From the NCBI GenBank assembly GCA_963662545.2, contig CAXXLL010000003.1, forward strand, positions 2,624,001 through 2,688,000: a stretch of 64,000 bases of DNA. The letters are read 5' to 3'. The DNA is from Gammaproteobacteria bacterium. Its GTDB lineage: Bacteria > Pseudomonadota > Gammaproteobacteria > Ga0077536. Shown here piece after piece: positions 1 through 10,486 of the stretch. The first letter of the stretch is position 1; every line of letters begins with the position of its first letter. A program made the translations under genes and the position numbers. Below the pieces are notes generated by a model that saw only the letters and a program-made list of their open reading frames with translations, was not told where the DNA came from and did not search any database.

Positions 1-338
1 ATTTTCCTCAGGTTGGGGACGCCGAATTATGCCGTTCATTCGGCTGCCAGGGCGTCGACATTCAGCTTACGATATTTCGCCGACACCGGTTGGTCCATGC
101 ACGCCGGCACTTGGTCTTCATCCAATAGGCGGGCTGGGTGGCTATCGAGATCCTTGCATTGCTATACTCTCAGGACCGAAATACATAGATCTGCAGACTT
201 CGAAAAGGGTGCGTATTTTCGCTGAAGCGGACCGGATACCAGGGTGCGCTGGCGTCCTTTTGCTGATACCCCACCATCGCTAGGGTGGACATCCGTTCAG
301 ATCGCAACGACTAGACAACTACTGGAAAGAATCCCGTT

Positions 339-1019
339 ATGGCTCGTTACAACCCGATCCTCAAGCTGTTCGGTACCTCACCGGTCCGCCCGCTTCAGCG
401 ACACATGGCGAAAGTGATTGAATGCGCACAAGAGCTGTTGCCACTGTTCGAGGCCGTGATCGCTCGCGACGAAAATGGCATCGACGCGGCGCAAGAGAAG
501 ATCGCGAAGCTCGAGAACGAGGCGGACGATCTTAAGCGCGATCTGAGACTGAATCTGCCGCGCACACTGTTTCTCCCCGTTGAGCGGCGGGACCTCCTGG
601 AAGTGCTCACGATGCAGGATAAGATCGCCAATTGCGCCAAGGACATCGCGGGTCTGATTCGCGGTCGCAAGATGTCGCTGCCCGACGAGTTCGGACCGCG
701 GTACCTGGATTTCGTGAAGCGGAGTATCGACGCCTGCACGCAGGCGCAAAAAGCCATCAACGAGCTCGATGAACTGGTGGAAACCGGTTTCAGAGGTTCG
801 GAGGTAACGCTCGTACAGGCACTGATTACCGAGCTGGACCGGATCGAAAAGGATACCGACGTGATACAGGTCGAAATTCGCACAGCCCTGTTCGCGATAG
901 AACGCAATCTCCCCCCCATCGATGTGATGTTCCTCTACCGACTCATCGATTGGACAGGTGACCTCGGGGACCGCGCGCAGCGCGTCGGCAGTCGCCTGCA
1001 ACTAATGCTCGCCAAATAG
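339..1019 (+). CDS. DUF47/TIGR00153 family phosphate transport regulator (PhoU-like)
   Basis: 226 aa; motifs SPVRPLQRHM, LENEADDLK, FLPVERRDLL, D..QRVGSRL; directly upstream of a PiT gene. Confidence 0.92.
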   Translation: MARYNPILKLFGTSPVRPLQRHMAKVIECAQELLPLFEAVIARDENGIDAAQEKIAKLENEADDLKRDLRLNLPRTLFLPVERRDLLEVLTMQDKIANCAKDIAGLIRGRKMSLPDEFGPRYLDFVKRSIDACTQAQKAINELDELVETGFRGSEVTLVQALITELDRIEKDTDVIQVEIRTALFAIERNLPPIDVMFLYRLIDWTGDLGDRAQRVGSRLQLMLAK

Positions 1020-1026
1020 TCCGTAA

Positions 1027-2280
1027 GTGGAACACGAGATCCTCTATCTCGTGTTGGCGGGTCTGTTCGGCCTGTTCATGGCCTTTGGTATTGGGGCCAA
1101 CGACGTCGCCAATGCCATGGGAACCTCCGTTGGCGCGGGCGCCCTGACCGTCAGACAGGCGGTTATCATCGCGGCGGTGTTCGAGTTTAGCGGCGCGGTG
1201 CTGGCCGGCGGCGAGGTCACGGCCACCATCCGCAAGGGGATCATCGACGTGGGACTATTGTCGGGGACCCCCGATCTGCTCGTCTACGGCATGCTCGCCT
1301 CGCTTCTCGCCGCCGGGACCTGGCTTCTGGTTGCGTCCTATTTCGGCTGGCCCGTGTCGACAACCCACTCCATCGTCGGCGCCATCGTGGGCTTCGCGAT
1401 CGCCGCTATCGGCGTCGAGGCGGTCGAGTGGGGGAAGGTGGGGTACATCGTCATGAGCTGGGTGGTGTCGCCAATCCTGGCGGGCACGATTTCCCTTGCG
1501 TTATTCGCGACCGTGCGGCATTTGATACTGGATACCGACGACCCGTTTCGCAACGCCAAGCGATACGTGCCCTTTTATATCTTCCTGGTCGGGTTCATCA
1601 TTGCGTTGGTGACCCTGCTCAAAGGGTTCAAACACGTCGGCCTGTCCATTTCGACCGGAGCGAGTTACGGCCTAGCCGCGCTTTTCGGACTGCTCGCCAT
1701 GGGGATTGGCGCGCTTATAGTAGGTCGCATTCACCTTGATCCCGCCGCCGACCGCGAGTTTCACTTTGCGAATGTGGAGAAGGTGTTCGCGGTGCTGATG
1801 ATGACCACCGCGTGCGCGATGGCGTTCGCGCACGGATCCAACGACGTCGCCAATGCTATCGGTCCGGTCGCGGCCATCGTGGGCGTGGTCCAAAGCGGCG
1901 GTGACGTCGCCCAGCAATCTGGTCTCCCGTTGTGGATTTTATTGATCGGAGCGGTCGGAATCGTGGCCGGTCTCGCCATGTTCGGACAGAAGGTGATGGC
2001 AACCATAGGTTCGGGAATAACCGCGCTCACCCCGAGCCATGGGTTCGCCGTCGAACTCGGCGCAGCCAGTACCGTGGTGCTCGCTTCCAGTATCGGCCTG
2101 CCCATCTCAACTACGCATACGCTCGTCGGTGCCGTTCTCGGGGTGGGGTTCGCGCGGGGAATCGCTGCGATCAACCTCCGGATCGTGCGCACGATCTTCA
2201 TTTCGTGGATCGTCACGCTCCCGGCCGGTGCTTTCCTCGCCGTGGTCTTCTACTTCGTGCTGAAAACAATCCTTGGCTAA
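1027..2280 (+). CDS. Inorganic phosphate transporter, PiT family
   Basis: GANDVANAMGT and AHGSNDVANAIGP signatures, PVSTTHS/PISTTHT repeats, many transmembrane segments. Confidence 0.95.
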   Translation: MEHEILYLVLAGLFGLFMAFGIGANDVANAMGTSVGAGALTVRQAVIIAAVFEFSGAVLAGGEVTATIRKGIIDVGLLSGTPDLLVYGMLASLLAAGTWLLVASYFGWPVSTTHSIVGAIVGFAIAAIGVEAVEWGKVGYIVMSWVVSPILAGTISLALFATVRHLILDTDDPFRNAKRYVPFYIFLVGFIIALVTLLKGFKHVGLSISTGASYGLAALFGLLAMGIGALIVGRIHLDPAADREFHFANVEKVFAVLMMTTACAMAFAHGSNDVANAIGPVAAIVGVVQSGGDVAQQSGLPLWILLIGAVGIVAGLAMFGQKVMATIGSGITALTPSHGFAVELGAASTVVLASSIGLPISTTHTLVGAVLGVGFARGIAAINLRIVRTIFISWIVTLPAGAFLAVVFYFVLKTILG

Positions 2281-2467
2281 CGTATTTCTCCACTACTGAA
2301 TCGCGGCGAAACGTCGGTTCGCCGGCGAATTCCGCCGATTCGAGCAGATTAAGAGCCACGGCAGTTGAGGAACGACGGATCGTTCAATTCTCGTCTTTTG
2401 CGGCGCGGCACCAACGATCGCTTTCGTGTTGCTGATGTCACGAGCGACGGAGTAAGCGTCGCAGCGT

Positions 2468-2866
2468 TCAGCTTTCCTTGTAGAAGGTGAATTCCATTTC
2501 CACCGCGGCGTGGAGCGGTAATGCGGTCACGCCCACCGCCGTTCTCGTCGGCAGGTGGCCTTCGGCCGTGAACACAGAATCCCACGCCGCGTTGATCGCC
2601 GGGAAGTTGTCGAATTCAGTGGTGAAAATACGCGCCGACACCATATCGTCCAAGGACAGACCAAAATCCGGTAGAGCGGCTACAAGGTTCTCCAGGATCT
2701 TGACGGTCTGTGGCCCCGCGCCGCCGGGTTCGAGCTGGCCCGAGGTCTTGTCGAGCGCGATCATGCCCGCGGTCTGATAATTCGGCCCTGCCTTGACCAG
2801 TGGACTGTAGCGGAAACGGGGCGCCGGAAGGTTGGCGGAACTCAGCGTTTCGATCATTTTTTTCAT
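2468..2866 (-). CDS. RidA/YjgF/UK114 family protein
   Basis: YSPLVKAG, FPAINAAW, PTRTAVGVTALPLHAAVEMEF; start placed at ATG 2866 (ATG 2857 also possible). Confidence 0.9.
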   Translation of the reverse strand: MKKMIETLSSANLPAPRFRYSPLVKAGPNYQTAGMIALDKTSGQLEPGGAGPQTVKILENLVAALPDFGLSLDDMVSARIFTTEFDNFPAINAAWDSVFTAEGHLPTRTAVGVTALPLHAAVEMEFTFYKES

Positions 2867-2966
2867 CACCTGCTTATTCAACAACTTTTTAAGGGCCGCG
2901 ACCGCCCTCGTGCAATTGGCGAACTATTCTGTTCGCAATCGATCGGAGCCGCTCGAAGACTAGAAC

Positions 2967-4601
2967 CTATTCCTGCTCGAGCACGAGTTCGATCACCGCC
3001 GCGGTCCCCGCCGCCATCGCCTTATCCAGAGTATCGTCGAAACCATCATTGGCCTCGACCCGCGCGCCGAAAAGGCCGAAAGATTGCGCGAACGCCGCGA
3101 AATCGGGATTCACAAGATCGTTGCCGATGCGCCGCCCGGGATAGCAGCGGTCCTGATGCGCTTCGATCGTGCCGTATTTACTGTTATTAAATACGAGCAG
3201 AAGCGGCGTCGCACCGTATTTGGCGGCCGTCGCAAGTTCCATCCCCGTCATCAGCATACCGCCGTCGCCGACGAAACCCACCACCCTGCGGCCGGGAAAT
3301 GCCAGCGACGCGCCAATGGCCGCCGGCACCCCATAGCCCATCGCGCCGTTGATCGGCGCGAGCAGACGGCCCGGACGGCGATACTCGCGGTAGCGTTGCG
3401 GCCACAGCGTGAAATTTCCCGCGTCGAGCGTGACGATAGCATCGTCCGGCAGGCGCGCGTTGAGGCTCGACATGACCCGGCCAGGATCGAGCCGCGCATC
3501 ATTCGAAGGCGGCTTCGACGCGGTCACGTATGCCGCGCGCAGGCGTTTACACCAGGCTTTACGGTTTTCCCTGTCATCGAGTTCGATCGAGCTAAGCGCT
3601 GCGGCGGCGGCCGCGACATCGGCGCACAGGCTCAAATCGGTATCGTAGTTGAGCCCGAGTTCGGCGCGGTTTGGATAGATCTGTATGAGCACTCGGGATA
3701 TGCCGTTCCTGAATGCGGTATAGCCGCGCGTCGTCGGTGCGTCGAGACGGGCGCCCAGTACGAGCAAGCAATCGGACTGTTCGGCAAAGTCCCACAGATC
3801 GGCATGCGTACTGAGACCAAGATAGCCGACGTACGACGGATGCGTGTTGTCGAAATGATCCTGGCGGCGAAAAGACACACAGACGGGCAACGCATTGCGG
3901 CGCGCAAATCGTTCGATTTTCTGAATGACGGCGTCGTCGACGGCGCCGCCGCCAAGGATGATGAGGGGCCGCTCGGCGCCGTTCAAACGGTTTTCTATAT
4001 CGTGGAGTTCCGTTTGGGTGAGTCCATGGCGCACCAAGGGTTGCGGCATTTCGGTCGCCGCTGCGACCTCCTCGCCGAGGACGTCTTCCGGAAACACGAG
4101 CACGACTGGACCGGGTCGGCCGCTCTGCGCCTGGTGAAAAGCGCGGGCAAACGCACCCGGAATGGCTTCCGCACGGTTGACCTGCTCCACGTGCTTCACC
4201 AGCGGTGTGAAGAACGCTTCGAAATCGATTTCCTGAAAGGCATCGCGGCCGAGATCGCCGCGTGCCACCTGACCGACGCCGAGCACCATTGGTATCGACG
4301 CCTGACGCGCGATATGCAAGGCGATCGAAGCATTCGTCGCGCCGGGTCCCCGCGTAACGAAACACGCGCCGGGCCTCCCTGTGAGCTGCGCTTGCGCGGC
4401 GGCCATCATGGCCGCGCCGCTTTCGTGGCGGCAGGAGACGAGGCGCACGCGATCCGTCTCGTCGTACAGCGCATCGAGTACCGGCAGATAGCTTTCACCG
4501 GGGACACAGAATAACGTGTCGACGTCGTGCATTAGCAGGGCGTCGACGACCAGGCGGCCACCGGTGGTCTGCGCCTTCGTTAAAGCCCCTGCCCGCTTCA
4601 T
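2967..4601 (-). CDS. Thiamine pyrophosphate-dependent enzyme (acetolactate synthase large subunit-like)
   Basis: FCVPGESYL, CRHESGA, TRGPGATN, GAMGYG and GDGG...NN TPP motif; start uncertain (4601 or 4661). Confidence 0.9.
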   Translation of the reverse strand: MKRAGALTKAQTTGGRLVVDALLMHDVDTLFCVPGESYLPVLDALYDETDRVRLVSCRHESGAAMMAAAQAQLTGRPGACFVTRGPGATNASIALHIARQASIPMVLGVGQVARGDLGRDAFQEIDFEAFFTPLVKHVEQVNRAEAIPGAFARAFHQAQSGRPGPVVLVFPEDVLGEEVAAATEMPQPLVRHGLTQTELHDIENRLNGAERPLIILGGGAVDDAVIQKIERFARRNALPVCVSFRRQDHFDNTHPSYVGYLGLSTHADLWDFAEQSDCLLVLGARLDAPTTRGYTAFRNGISRVLIQIYPNRAELGLNYDTDLSLCADVAAAAAALSSIELDDRENRKAWCKRLRAAYVTASKPPSNDARLDPGRVMSSLNARLPDDAIVTLDAGNFTLWPQRYREYRRPGRLLAPINGAMGYGVPAAIGASLAFPGRRVVGFVGDGGMLMTGMELATAAKYGATPLLLVFNNSKYGTIEAHQDRCYPGRRIGNDLVNPDFAAFAQSFGLFGARVEANDGFDDTLDKAMAAGTAAVIELVLEQE

Positions 4602-4895
4602 CGAGTCACCACTTCGAGCATTCGCTTTCGAGCGCGAGCCCTTGGAGCCCGCCGTAGCCATGCAGAATAGTCGCGTTCCACCCGCGTCCCCCAGTTTCCG
4701 CTTCACGTAGGCGCCAGTATATCCGCGACGCCCCGAAACCGACGATGCGTGGTCCAAGGCGCGCCCGGCAATCACGAATCCTGTCGTGCTGGCCGGCGAA
4801 TGTTTCCTGCGCCCCAATTAAGACGCCCTATCATCGGGATTATCGAATATAAAATAGCGCTACAAGATCACACGAAATCGAAAGGCCATACCACA

Positions 4896-5486
4896 ATGAA
4901 CCGCACCCAACTCAAGGTCTTCTTCAACTTCCGCAGCCCTTACTGCTATCTCGCCTCTCGTTCTCTGTTCGAGCGGCTTCGAGCCTATGATATCGAGATC
5001 GAATGGCGATCACTGGGAGGCTGGGACGGACGCTCGGCACCGGAGCGCGCCAAGGTCAAGGTGCCGCTCACACGCCAGGACGTCGCGCGCTGGTGCAAGC
5101 ACCTCGACATCCCCTTCACACCACCGCCGATCACGACGGATCCGACCCCCGCCGGACTCGTCTCCTTCGCCGCCGAAGACGCCGGCAAGCTCGAAGACTA
5201 CGTGGTCACGGTTATGTGGGCGGAGTGGGCCGAAGGGCAGGACATCGGTCAAGTCGAGGTTCTCGAAAAAGTCGCTGGCGCGATCGGTCTGGATACCAAG
5301 CGGGTCAAGGCCGCCATTGACTCGCGCGATTATGAGCTGCGGCTACAGGACAACTGGGCCGAAGCCTTATCGCTCGGCGTCATCGGCGTGCCGAGTTTCG
5401 TGGTGGGCGACCAGATCTTCTGGGGCAACGATCGCGTCGATTTCCTGGAGGATCATCTTGTCGAACTGGGCTTGAAGATAGCGTGA
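4896..5486 (+). CDS. 2-hydroxychromene-2-carboxylate isomerase / DsbA (GST-kappa) family protein
   Basis: FNFRSPYCYL and GVIGVPSFVV...FWGNDR motifs. Confidence 0.88.
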   Translation: MNRTQLKVFFNFRSPYCYLASRSLFERLRAYDIEIEWRSLGGWDGRSAPERAKVKVPLTRQDVARWCKHLDIPFTPPPITTDPTPAGLVSFAAEDAGKLEDYVVTVMWAEWAEGQDIGQVEVLEKVAGAIGLDTKRVKAAIDSRDYELRLQDNWAEALSLGVIGVPSFVVGDQIFWGNDRVDFLEDHLVELGLKIA

Positions 5487-5735
5487 GAATGCAAGGAGAC
5501 TCCGTCGTCCAATGGGTTCGGTAGGTGAGTGGTCTCCGTCGATAGCGCGGGAGAAAAGCCGCAGACGCTCCCAGCGCAGCATTAGCGATTCGACAGTTGG
5601 GTTATTTCAACGAGACCTCAGAACCGGCCCGATAAATCAACAAGTTAAGCTACCGGCCGGATTGACTATACTTGAGGGAAGGCTGTGGAGGCTGGTGGAC
5701 ATCGCTCACTAATCGGAAGGCCTAGGAGGTGCAAC

Positions 5736-6245
5736 TTGGCTAATATTCTCGACACGATTGCGCTCGAACGCGCCTATATCGCGCGGATGATCGACTTGCT
5801 CGATGAACAACTGGACATACTGCGTGATCCCGCACGCGATCCGGACTATCACCTGCTGCGGGAAATCGCACGGTATTTTTGCCACTATCCCACCGCGATC
5901 CACTACCCGTTTGTCGACACGTTGTTCGAATATCTGGCCGAACTCGAAGACGACTTGAAACCCCAGGTTGGGGAAATGAAACGCAGGCACGATCGTCATT
6001 CTCTTCTGGTCGATGAAGTCTACGCGTTGTTAGACGGTGCCTGTTCCGGGCACATGATCCCGCGGGACCGCCTTTTGAAAGAAGCCACAGCCTATGTTGC
6101 GCTGCATCGAGAGCATATGACGCCCACCGACACCGAGCTGTTCGAACTTGCGACCGAACGTCTTTCAAGTGAAGATCTCGAGAAGATTGAGAATCAGTTA
6201 TATAAACATTTCCCGTCATCTATCTCAATCCATCTGGTTCAATAA
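5736..6245 (+). CDS. Hemerythrin (HHE) domain protein, possibly 3'-truncated at the island junction
   Basis: TTG start after AGGAGGT; DPDYHLL..Y..YP..IH, H, HREHM pattern; atypical AT-rich C-terminus. Confidence 0.7.
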   Translation: MANILDTIALERAYIARMIDLLDEQLDILRDPARDPDYHLLREIARYFCHYPTAIHYPFVDTLFEYLAELEDDLKPQVGEMKRRHDRHSLLVDEVYALLDGACSGHMIPRDRLLKEATAYVALHREHMTPTDTELFELATERLSSEDLEKIENQLYKHFPSSISIHLVQ

Positions 6246-6320
6246 CCGGTTAATTATTAGATAGATTAAATCTACTTACCTCCACTTGCATCAAGGGCGT
6301 TCGACGGGTATCTTGGCGCT

Positions 6321-6344
6321 GGGGTGACATAGTGGTGATGTAAA
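6321..6344. other. Putative integrase arm-type sites (attL side)
   Basis: GGGGTGACATAGTGGTGATGTAAA (tandem GGTGA) just upstream of the integrase; 19/24 identical to 55112-55135. Confidence 0.55.
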
Positions 6345-6377
6345 TAGACGGTGTCACCCCTCAACCAGGAGGACGCC

Positions 6378-7541
6378 ATGCTGAGCGAACTTAAGATCCG
6401 GAATGCCCGACCCGAGACTAAGACCCGCATCCTGTGGGACCAGCAGGTGAAGGGCTTAGGCGTCCGCATCACGCCGAAGGGCACCAAAGCCTATGTGCTC
6501 GACTATCGAATCAACGGCCGCCGTCATCGTGTGGTGCTGGCGCGAACGGCCGAGATATCCCTGGAGGAAGTTCGCAAGCGCGCCGGTGCCGAGCGGGTGC
6601 GGATCCGCGCCGGCGAGAGCGATCTGCTGACGCGGCGGCGCGAGGCGCGTGCGTCACCCACGGTGAACGAGGGATTGGAGCGGTTCTTCGCCGAATATGT
6701 GCCGACGCGGCTGGCAGCGGGCCGCATGGCTCAGGGCACGGTGGACGGCTATCGCCGACAAGCCGCCCGTCATCTGCAGCCTGCCCTCGGCCGGCAGCGG
6801 ATCGCCGACATCACGCGCCACGACATCGAGCGCATGGTGGCGCCGCTCGCGACGGCCGCCCCGGTACAGCGCAACCGCGTGCTGGCGTTCACGAGCCGGC
6901 TGTTCCGGCTGTTCGAAGATTGGGAGTTGCGCCCGCAGCACACGAACCCCACCCGGGGTATCGAGCGGGCGCGTGAGGAAGCACGCGACCGGGTGCTCAC
7001 GCCGTCGGAGATGACGGCACTCGGTGCGGCGCTGGCACGCGCGGAGAAGGACAAGCCCGCGGCCGTGGCGGCGATCCGGTTGGCGGCCCTGACGGGTCTG
7101 CGCATTGGCGAGGTGCTGGCGATGCGCTGGGAGCACTTAGACACTGAACACAAAGCCGTGATGCTGCCCCACACGAAGACTGGGCGGCGCGTGCACGGCC
7201 TGCCCGCGGCGGCGCTGGAACTGCTTGCGGACCTGCCGCGCATCAACGGCTATGTGTTCACCACTGGGCGCGACACGGCCATCTCGTATCAGACGGTCCA
7301 CGCCGCCTTCGCAACCCTGACGCGCGAGGCCGGCCTGCGGGACGTGTGCCTGCACGACCTGCGCCGCACGGTCATGACGAGTGCAGCGCGCGCTGGGGTC
7401 GGCACCCATGTGCTGCGCGACCTGCTCGGGCACAAGACCACGGCGATGGCGGACCGCTACATCCGTCATGCCGGCGCGGCGGTTCACGAGGCCCAGGAGC
7501 ACATCGGTGCGGCCATCGACGCGCAGTTGCGGGGCTTATGA
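6378..7541 (+). CDS. int: Tyrosine integrase with N-terminal arm-binding domain (P4-like/DUF4102)
   Basis: WDQQVKGLGVRITPKG N-terminus; catalytic residues TGLRIGE, HTKTG, HDLRR, LLGH, RY all intact; AGGAGG RBS. Confidence 0.93.
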   Translation: MLSELKIRNARPETKTRILWDQQVKGLGVRITPKGTKAYVLDYRINGRRHRVVLARTAEISLEEVRKRAGAERVRIRAGESDLLTRRREARASPTVNEGLERFFAEYVPTRLAAGRMAQGTVDGYRRQAARHLQPALGRQRIADITRHDIERMVAPLATAAPVQRNRVLAFTSRLFRLFEDWELRPQHTNPTRGIERAREEARDRVLTPSEMTALGAALARAEKDKPAAVAAIRLAALTGLRIGEVLAMRWEHLDTEHKAVMLPHTKTGRRVHGLPAAALELLADLPRINGYVFTTGRDTAISYQTVHAAFATLTREAGLRDVCLHDLRRTVMTSAARAGVGTHVLRDLLGHKTTAMADRYIRHAGAAVHEAQEHIGAAIDAQLRGL

Positions 7542-7572
7542 TGGCGCCCGATGCACGACGGAGGACCATTCG

Positions 7573-8349
7573 ATGAGTGAAACGGAGACCCCGTCCGAGC
7601 CGACCGAACGGTGCCCGCAGTGCGGTTTGCCAGTGACGGCACCGAGGAACCCGCCGATGAGCGTGGAGGTCGGCGTCTGCTCGGCGTGTGGGCAGGCCCC
7701 GCTGGCGGCGGATGTTCAATCCCTCTACGGCCCGGACACAAATCCGGGCAAACATCGAAGGAAGCTTATCGAGTACCGGTTGGAACTGGCAAGGCTCCAA
7801 GAGCGCCTGAGAGAGGAGGGTCTGTCCCCATCCTATCAAGAGGCCGTGGATCTCGTGCAGCTGTATCCCTGGCCCGACCCTGAAGACCCTGAGGCTTGGG
7901 CCACCTTTGGGCTCGTCTTAGACTGTGTGGAGGAGGAGGATGGGCGGCAGGTGCTGATAGAAGAGCACGTCCAGAAATGGCTTGAAGTCTGGCAAGACGA
8001 AAGCGAGCGGAAGTGGGATCGATTTTGGGTGCAGGAGGCGCTCGAAGAAAGCGCAAGGCGGGTACCGGATCATCCACTCGCCACCGAGATCTTAGAACGG
8101 CTGGAGAGCGGGCGCCTGAACCGCCCGAGTGGTCGGTACGATCCGCGCAAAAATGAGGTTCGCGACGTGCATATTCTCAAAGTGCTCGACAATTTGGTGG
8201 GCCTTGGCATGAACCCGACGCGCCACCTGTGGGGTCCAAAGGAAGAATCAGCATGCGACGCGGTCGCGACGGCGAGGGGACTCTTCTTGTCGTACACGGG
8301 GGTCGAATCGGTTTGGAAGCGGCGGCCACACACGGAAACCAGGCGCTGA
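7573..8349 (+). CDS. Hypothetical protein with N-terminal Zn-ribbon
   Basis: GGAGG RBS; CPQC and CSAC pairs; possible C-terminal HTH-like segment. Confidence 0.65.
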   Translation: MSETETPSEPTERCPQCGLPVTAPRNPPMSVEVGVCSACGQAPLAADVQSLYGPDTNPGKHRRKLIEYRLELARLQERLREEGLSPSYQEAVDLVQLYPWPDPEDPEAWATFGLVLDCVEEEDGRQVLIEEHVQKWLEVWQDESERKWDRFWVQEALEESARRVPDHPLATEILERLESGRLNRPSGRYDPRKNEVRDVHILKVLDNLVGLGMNPTRHLWGPKEESACDAVATARGLFLSYTGVESVWKRRPHTETRR

Positions 8350-8373
8350 GAGGCGACCCCAAGGAGCAGCACG

Positions 8374-9360
8374 ATGGGACATGACCTTTTCCAGGGCGGC
8401 ATGGCGTTCGTGGGCGAGACACCGTGGCACCGTCTCGGCACGGCGGTTGAATCACACATAACAGCGGAGCAGATGATGTGCGCGGCCAATTTGGACTGGC
8501 GCGTTCGAAAGCAGCCCGCCCCCGGCGCTCGGCTGCTCGATGCAGGCAGGAAAGTCTATGACCGGTACATCGTGCTGCGTGACCCGGTGGGTGACGAGAC
8601 CGAGGCGGTCGCGCTCGCCATCGTCGGCAAGGATTACGAGTCGCTCCAGAACAAGGATGCGTTCACGTTCTTCGAGCCCTTCATTGACAATGGCTGGGCC
8701 GAGTTCCACACAGCGGGCGCGTTGGGCAACGGCGAGCGGGTTTGGGCGCTGGCGCGGCTGTCGGAACAAATGGTCATCCATGGGGACGACCCTGTCGATC
8801 GCTTCCTGTTGCTGTCCAACTCCCATGACGGGTCGAGCGCCGTCACCGTGCGGTTCACGCCGGTCCGAGTCGTCTGCCAAAATACGCTGAGCCTCGCACA
8901 GGCGGGCGGGACGGGGGTCGTGTCCGTCCGTCATACCCGAAAGATTCGCCACAATCTGAAAAAAACCCAGGCGCAAGCATTGAAGCGTCTCTCCGATGCG
9001 GTATTTGCTGAGGCCGGATCCCTGTTCGCTTGCATGGCAGAGTGCAGTGTGGCGCCCGCAGCGGTAGACGGTTATCTAGAGACGCTGTTTCCGAGGACTC
9101 GCCGGCAGAAGACCCAAGGTCTGGAACCTGAGCGGTGGGCACGCGTGAAGCAGATCCTTGGCGACGAAGCCGTCACGCCGTCCGCGACACGCGAGACGCT
9201 GTGGGCGCTCTACAACGCGGTCGTTCGGGATGAAGACTACCGCCGCACCCGTGAAGTGACCGCAGATGCGCGTTTGGAACGGGTGTGGTTCGGGCGCGGA
9301 TATGGCTTGAAACGCAAGGCGCTTGAAACGGCCCGAGTACAGTTGGATAGCGCCGCCTGA
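8374..9360 (+). CDS. DUF932 / TIGR03299 phage-plasmid protein
   Basis: ETPWHRLG, Y..LQN..AF.FF, TAGAL..G.RVW, LLLSNSHDGS, TPVRVVCQNTL, TLWALYNAV. Confidence 0.9.
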   Translation: MGHDLFQGGMAFVGETPWHRLGTAVESHITAEQMMCAANLDWRVRKQPAPGARLLDAGRKVYDRYIVLRDPVGDETEAVALAIVGKDYESLQNKDAFTFFEPFIDNGWAEFHTAGALGNGERVWALARLSEQMVIHGDDPVDRFLLLSNSHDGSSAVTVRFTPVRVVCQNTLSLAQAGGTGVVSVRHTRKIRHNLKKTQAQALKRLSDAVFAEAGSLFACMAECSVAPAAVDGYLETLFPRTRRQKTQGLEPERWARVKQILGDEAVTPSATRETLWALYNAVVRDEDYRRTREVTADARLERVWFGRGYGLKRKALETARVQLDSAA

Positions 9361-9559
9361 ATCGCTAGGCTGAACACGCGCGAGGCCGAGTACTACGCTC
9401 CACCACGGGCCCCCGAGGGCGATTCCATCGCAGGCCTTTCGACGGACAACGCCCGGCGCTGAGGCGGGGTGACCGCGTCCCGCCGTTGGGAGTCCCCTTT
9501 GCTATCACCCTGGCGGTGGACCTCCCTTCGATCCGTCTTGCAATACCCGAATCGCCCTA

Positions 9560-9800
9560 GGCCGTCTACGTGCGGGTCTGCCGAATTCTTCGATGAAAGC
9601 GGGCTTACCAGTCAAGTTGACAAAGCGCCGGAGACGCTGGGAACCGGATGGCCGGTGGCGGCGCCCCCGACGCTCAGCCGCACCCGGAAGTGGGTGTTCA
9701 ATTGCGCCCATTGCGTCCATTACGCCCTAAGCGCTCCAAACGGTGTCGATGATGGGCGCAATATGGACGCACGGTTGCAAGCCTTCCCGCGCCCGGCAAA
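9560..9800 (+). pseudogene. Relic 3' end of a satellite ATPase/helicase gene with iteron-like repeats
   Basis: Translation LTSQVDK...GWPVAAPPTLSR resembles LTGPVDK...GWPVNAQTLSR of the 11422-13128 protein; 9-bp repeats follow. Confidence 0.5.
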
Positions 9801-10183
9801 AAGCTGCTCGGCCAATGTAACCAGACGGCTCCGGGCGACCATCACGAGTCTCCGAGCAGATCAAGGGCCGCCTTCCAGCCGCGGTTGCACTCTGCGGTGA
9901 GTCCGCCTGACACACGGGCAGTGAGCAGGGCGTGCTGAAGACCCTCGATCCTCCGTTCAACCACCGGAACGTGTCCCATACACGGGGCGCACACCGGCGA
10001 GGAGCGTAACGCCCACTGCAAGAGACTCTATCGGTGCATCCGGAAACACCAATCCCGTCGGCTTTCCGACGCGCGACCGAGTCCCGCCATAGTGGGGCAC
10101 CATGCCGGAAAAAGTTGTGCCCAACAATTCATGTTGGATGTCTTCCATGCTGCGCGTTTCATCATGACAGCAGGAGAACCACC

Positions 10184-10486
10184 TTGGATGAGTATAACGT
10201 ACATCGTTCCGAAGGCGGACCGTCCGCGCGCTTCGAGGCTCACCGCTACTACCGGCCGGGCGACCCAGCCCTGTCCGTGATCGCCTCGCGCGGCACGCTG
10301 GCGACATGGCGCTGGCAAGGCCGCGGGCCGCGTTATACGAAGTTCGGCCATCGCATTCTGTATTTAGGCGCCGATCTCAATACGTGGCTGGATGCGCGCG
10401 TGGTCGAACCGACGATCCGGATAGCCGAGGATGGGGGGACGCCGCGAGGGGCCCGCTGCTGGTCAGACGGCGGGGTGAGCACATGA
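10184..10486 (+). CDS. Xis/AlpA-like helix-turn-helix DNA-binding protein
   Basis: TTG after AGGAG; TLATWRWQGRGPRYTKFGHRILY..DL..WL; stop overlaps the primase ATG. Confidence 0.8.
   Translation: MDEYNVHRSEGGPSARFEAHRYYRPGDPALSVIASRGTLATWRWQGRGPRYTKFGHRILYLGADLNTWLDARVVEPTIRIAEDGGTPRGARCWSDGGVST

Noticed and set aside
3084-4514. Long antisense ORFs (also 45311-46873, 47010-48308, 59920-61548)
   Set aside because: Shadow frames of well-supported genes in GC-rich DNA
5494-5540. GGAGAC...GTCTCC stem in the intergenic region before the integrase, as a possible tRNA/tmRNA target
   Set aside because: No cloverleaf or recognisable RNA family motif
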